From positions 4,526,001 through 4,590,000 of the forward strand of contig CM074806.1 in NCBI GenBank assembly GCA_037447605.1: a stretch of DNA of 64,000 nucleotides. The letters are read 5' to 3'. Source of the DNA: Zygnema circumcarinatum SAG 698-1b. Lineage: Eukaryota > Plantae > Zygnematophyceae. A program made the translations under genes and the position numbers. Below the pieces are notes generated by a model. It made no database searches. It was not told the DNA's origin and saw only the letters and a list, made by a program, of their open reading frames with translations. Of this stretch, positions 63,681 to 64,000 are shown in pieces. Within the stretch, counting starts at the first letter, position 1; each line of letters opens with the position of its first letter.

Positions 63681-64000
63681 GGGAGAGATGGAGATAGCTC
63701 TTCTGTTTCCAGTCATTTCAGCGACTTGGCTTCCTTTCCAAAAGAAAGCAACTGATGGCTTGGTTGGCTCCATGCTCGGAAAGTAAGAATTTTTTAAGTT
63801 GAATGTTTTTTTTGATTGTTTTCGTTGAGTTGATGAAAAAACATTTTAAATAATAATTGTTGACCAGAAATCCTGACCTAGAAGCCAGCAAACCAAGAGA
63901 AACCAATAATTTAAATATAAACTCACTAGGCACTTTTCAGCACGGAAGGATCCAACCATCACCACATCCGGAATTTTCGTCATTTCTGACATACGATGAA

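Noticed and set aside
63100-64000. Gene start (+) or gene end (-) at the right edge
   Set aside because: Splice-like signals exist on both strands (+: gtaaga 63783, ttttcag ~63940), but no frame gives a convincing protein within the window.

Overview
Eukaryotic, intron-rich, gene-dense window from a green-lineage organism, most likely a streptophyte alga (inference from plant-type ARP4, PEX4, myosin XI and a plant-type SAMDC uORF, plus introns filled with CT/GA microsatellites and telobox-like AAACCCTAA motifs). Manual splicing supports these genes: ARP4 (+), a membrane hybrid histidine-kinase-like protein (-), an UPF1/IGHMBP2-like SF1 helicase (-), PEX4 (+), a weak hypothetical gene (+), an unidentified probably plastid-targeted protein (-), a fused S-adenosylmethionine decarboxylase-ornithine decarboxylase gene (+), myosin XI (-), cytosolic 5'-nucleotidase III (-) and mitoribosomal mL54 (-). 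The main observation is a ~908-aa AdoMetDC-ODC fusion with both catalytic apparatuses intact, placed behind the land-plant-type overlapping tiny/small polyamine-responsive uORFs. Also notable: a HisKA+REC protein with no recognisable ATP-binding domain, a ~100-bp dispersed repeat forming palindromes in promoter regions, an interstitial TTAGGG-type tract, GC-AG introns and kb-scale (GA)n arrays. Most long ORFs in the supplied track are microsatellite artefacts. Six N gaps and some local consensus errors limit precision. No database searches were run.
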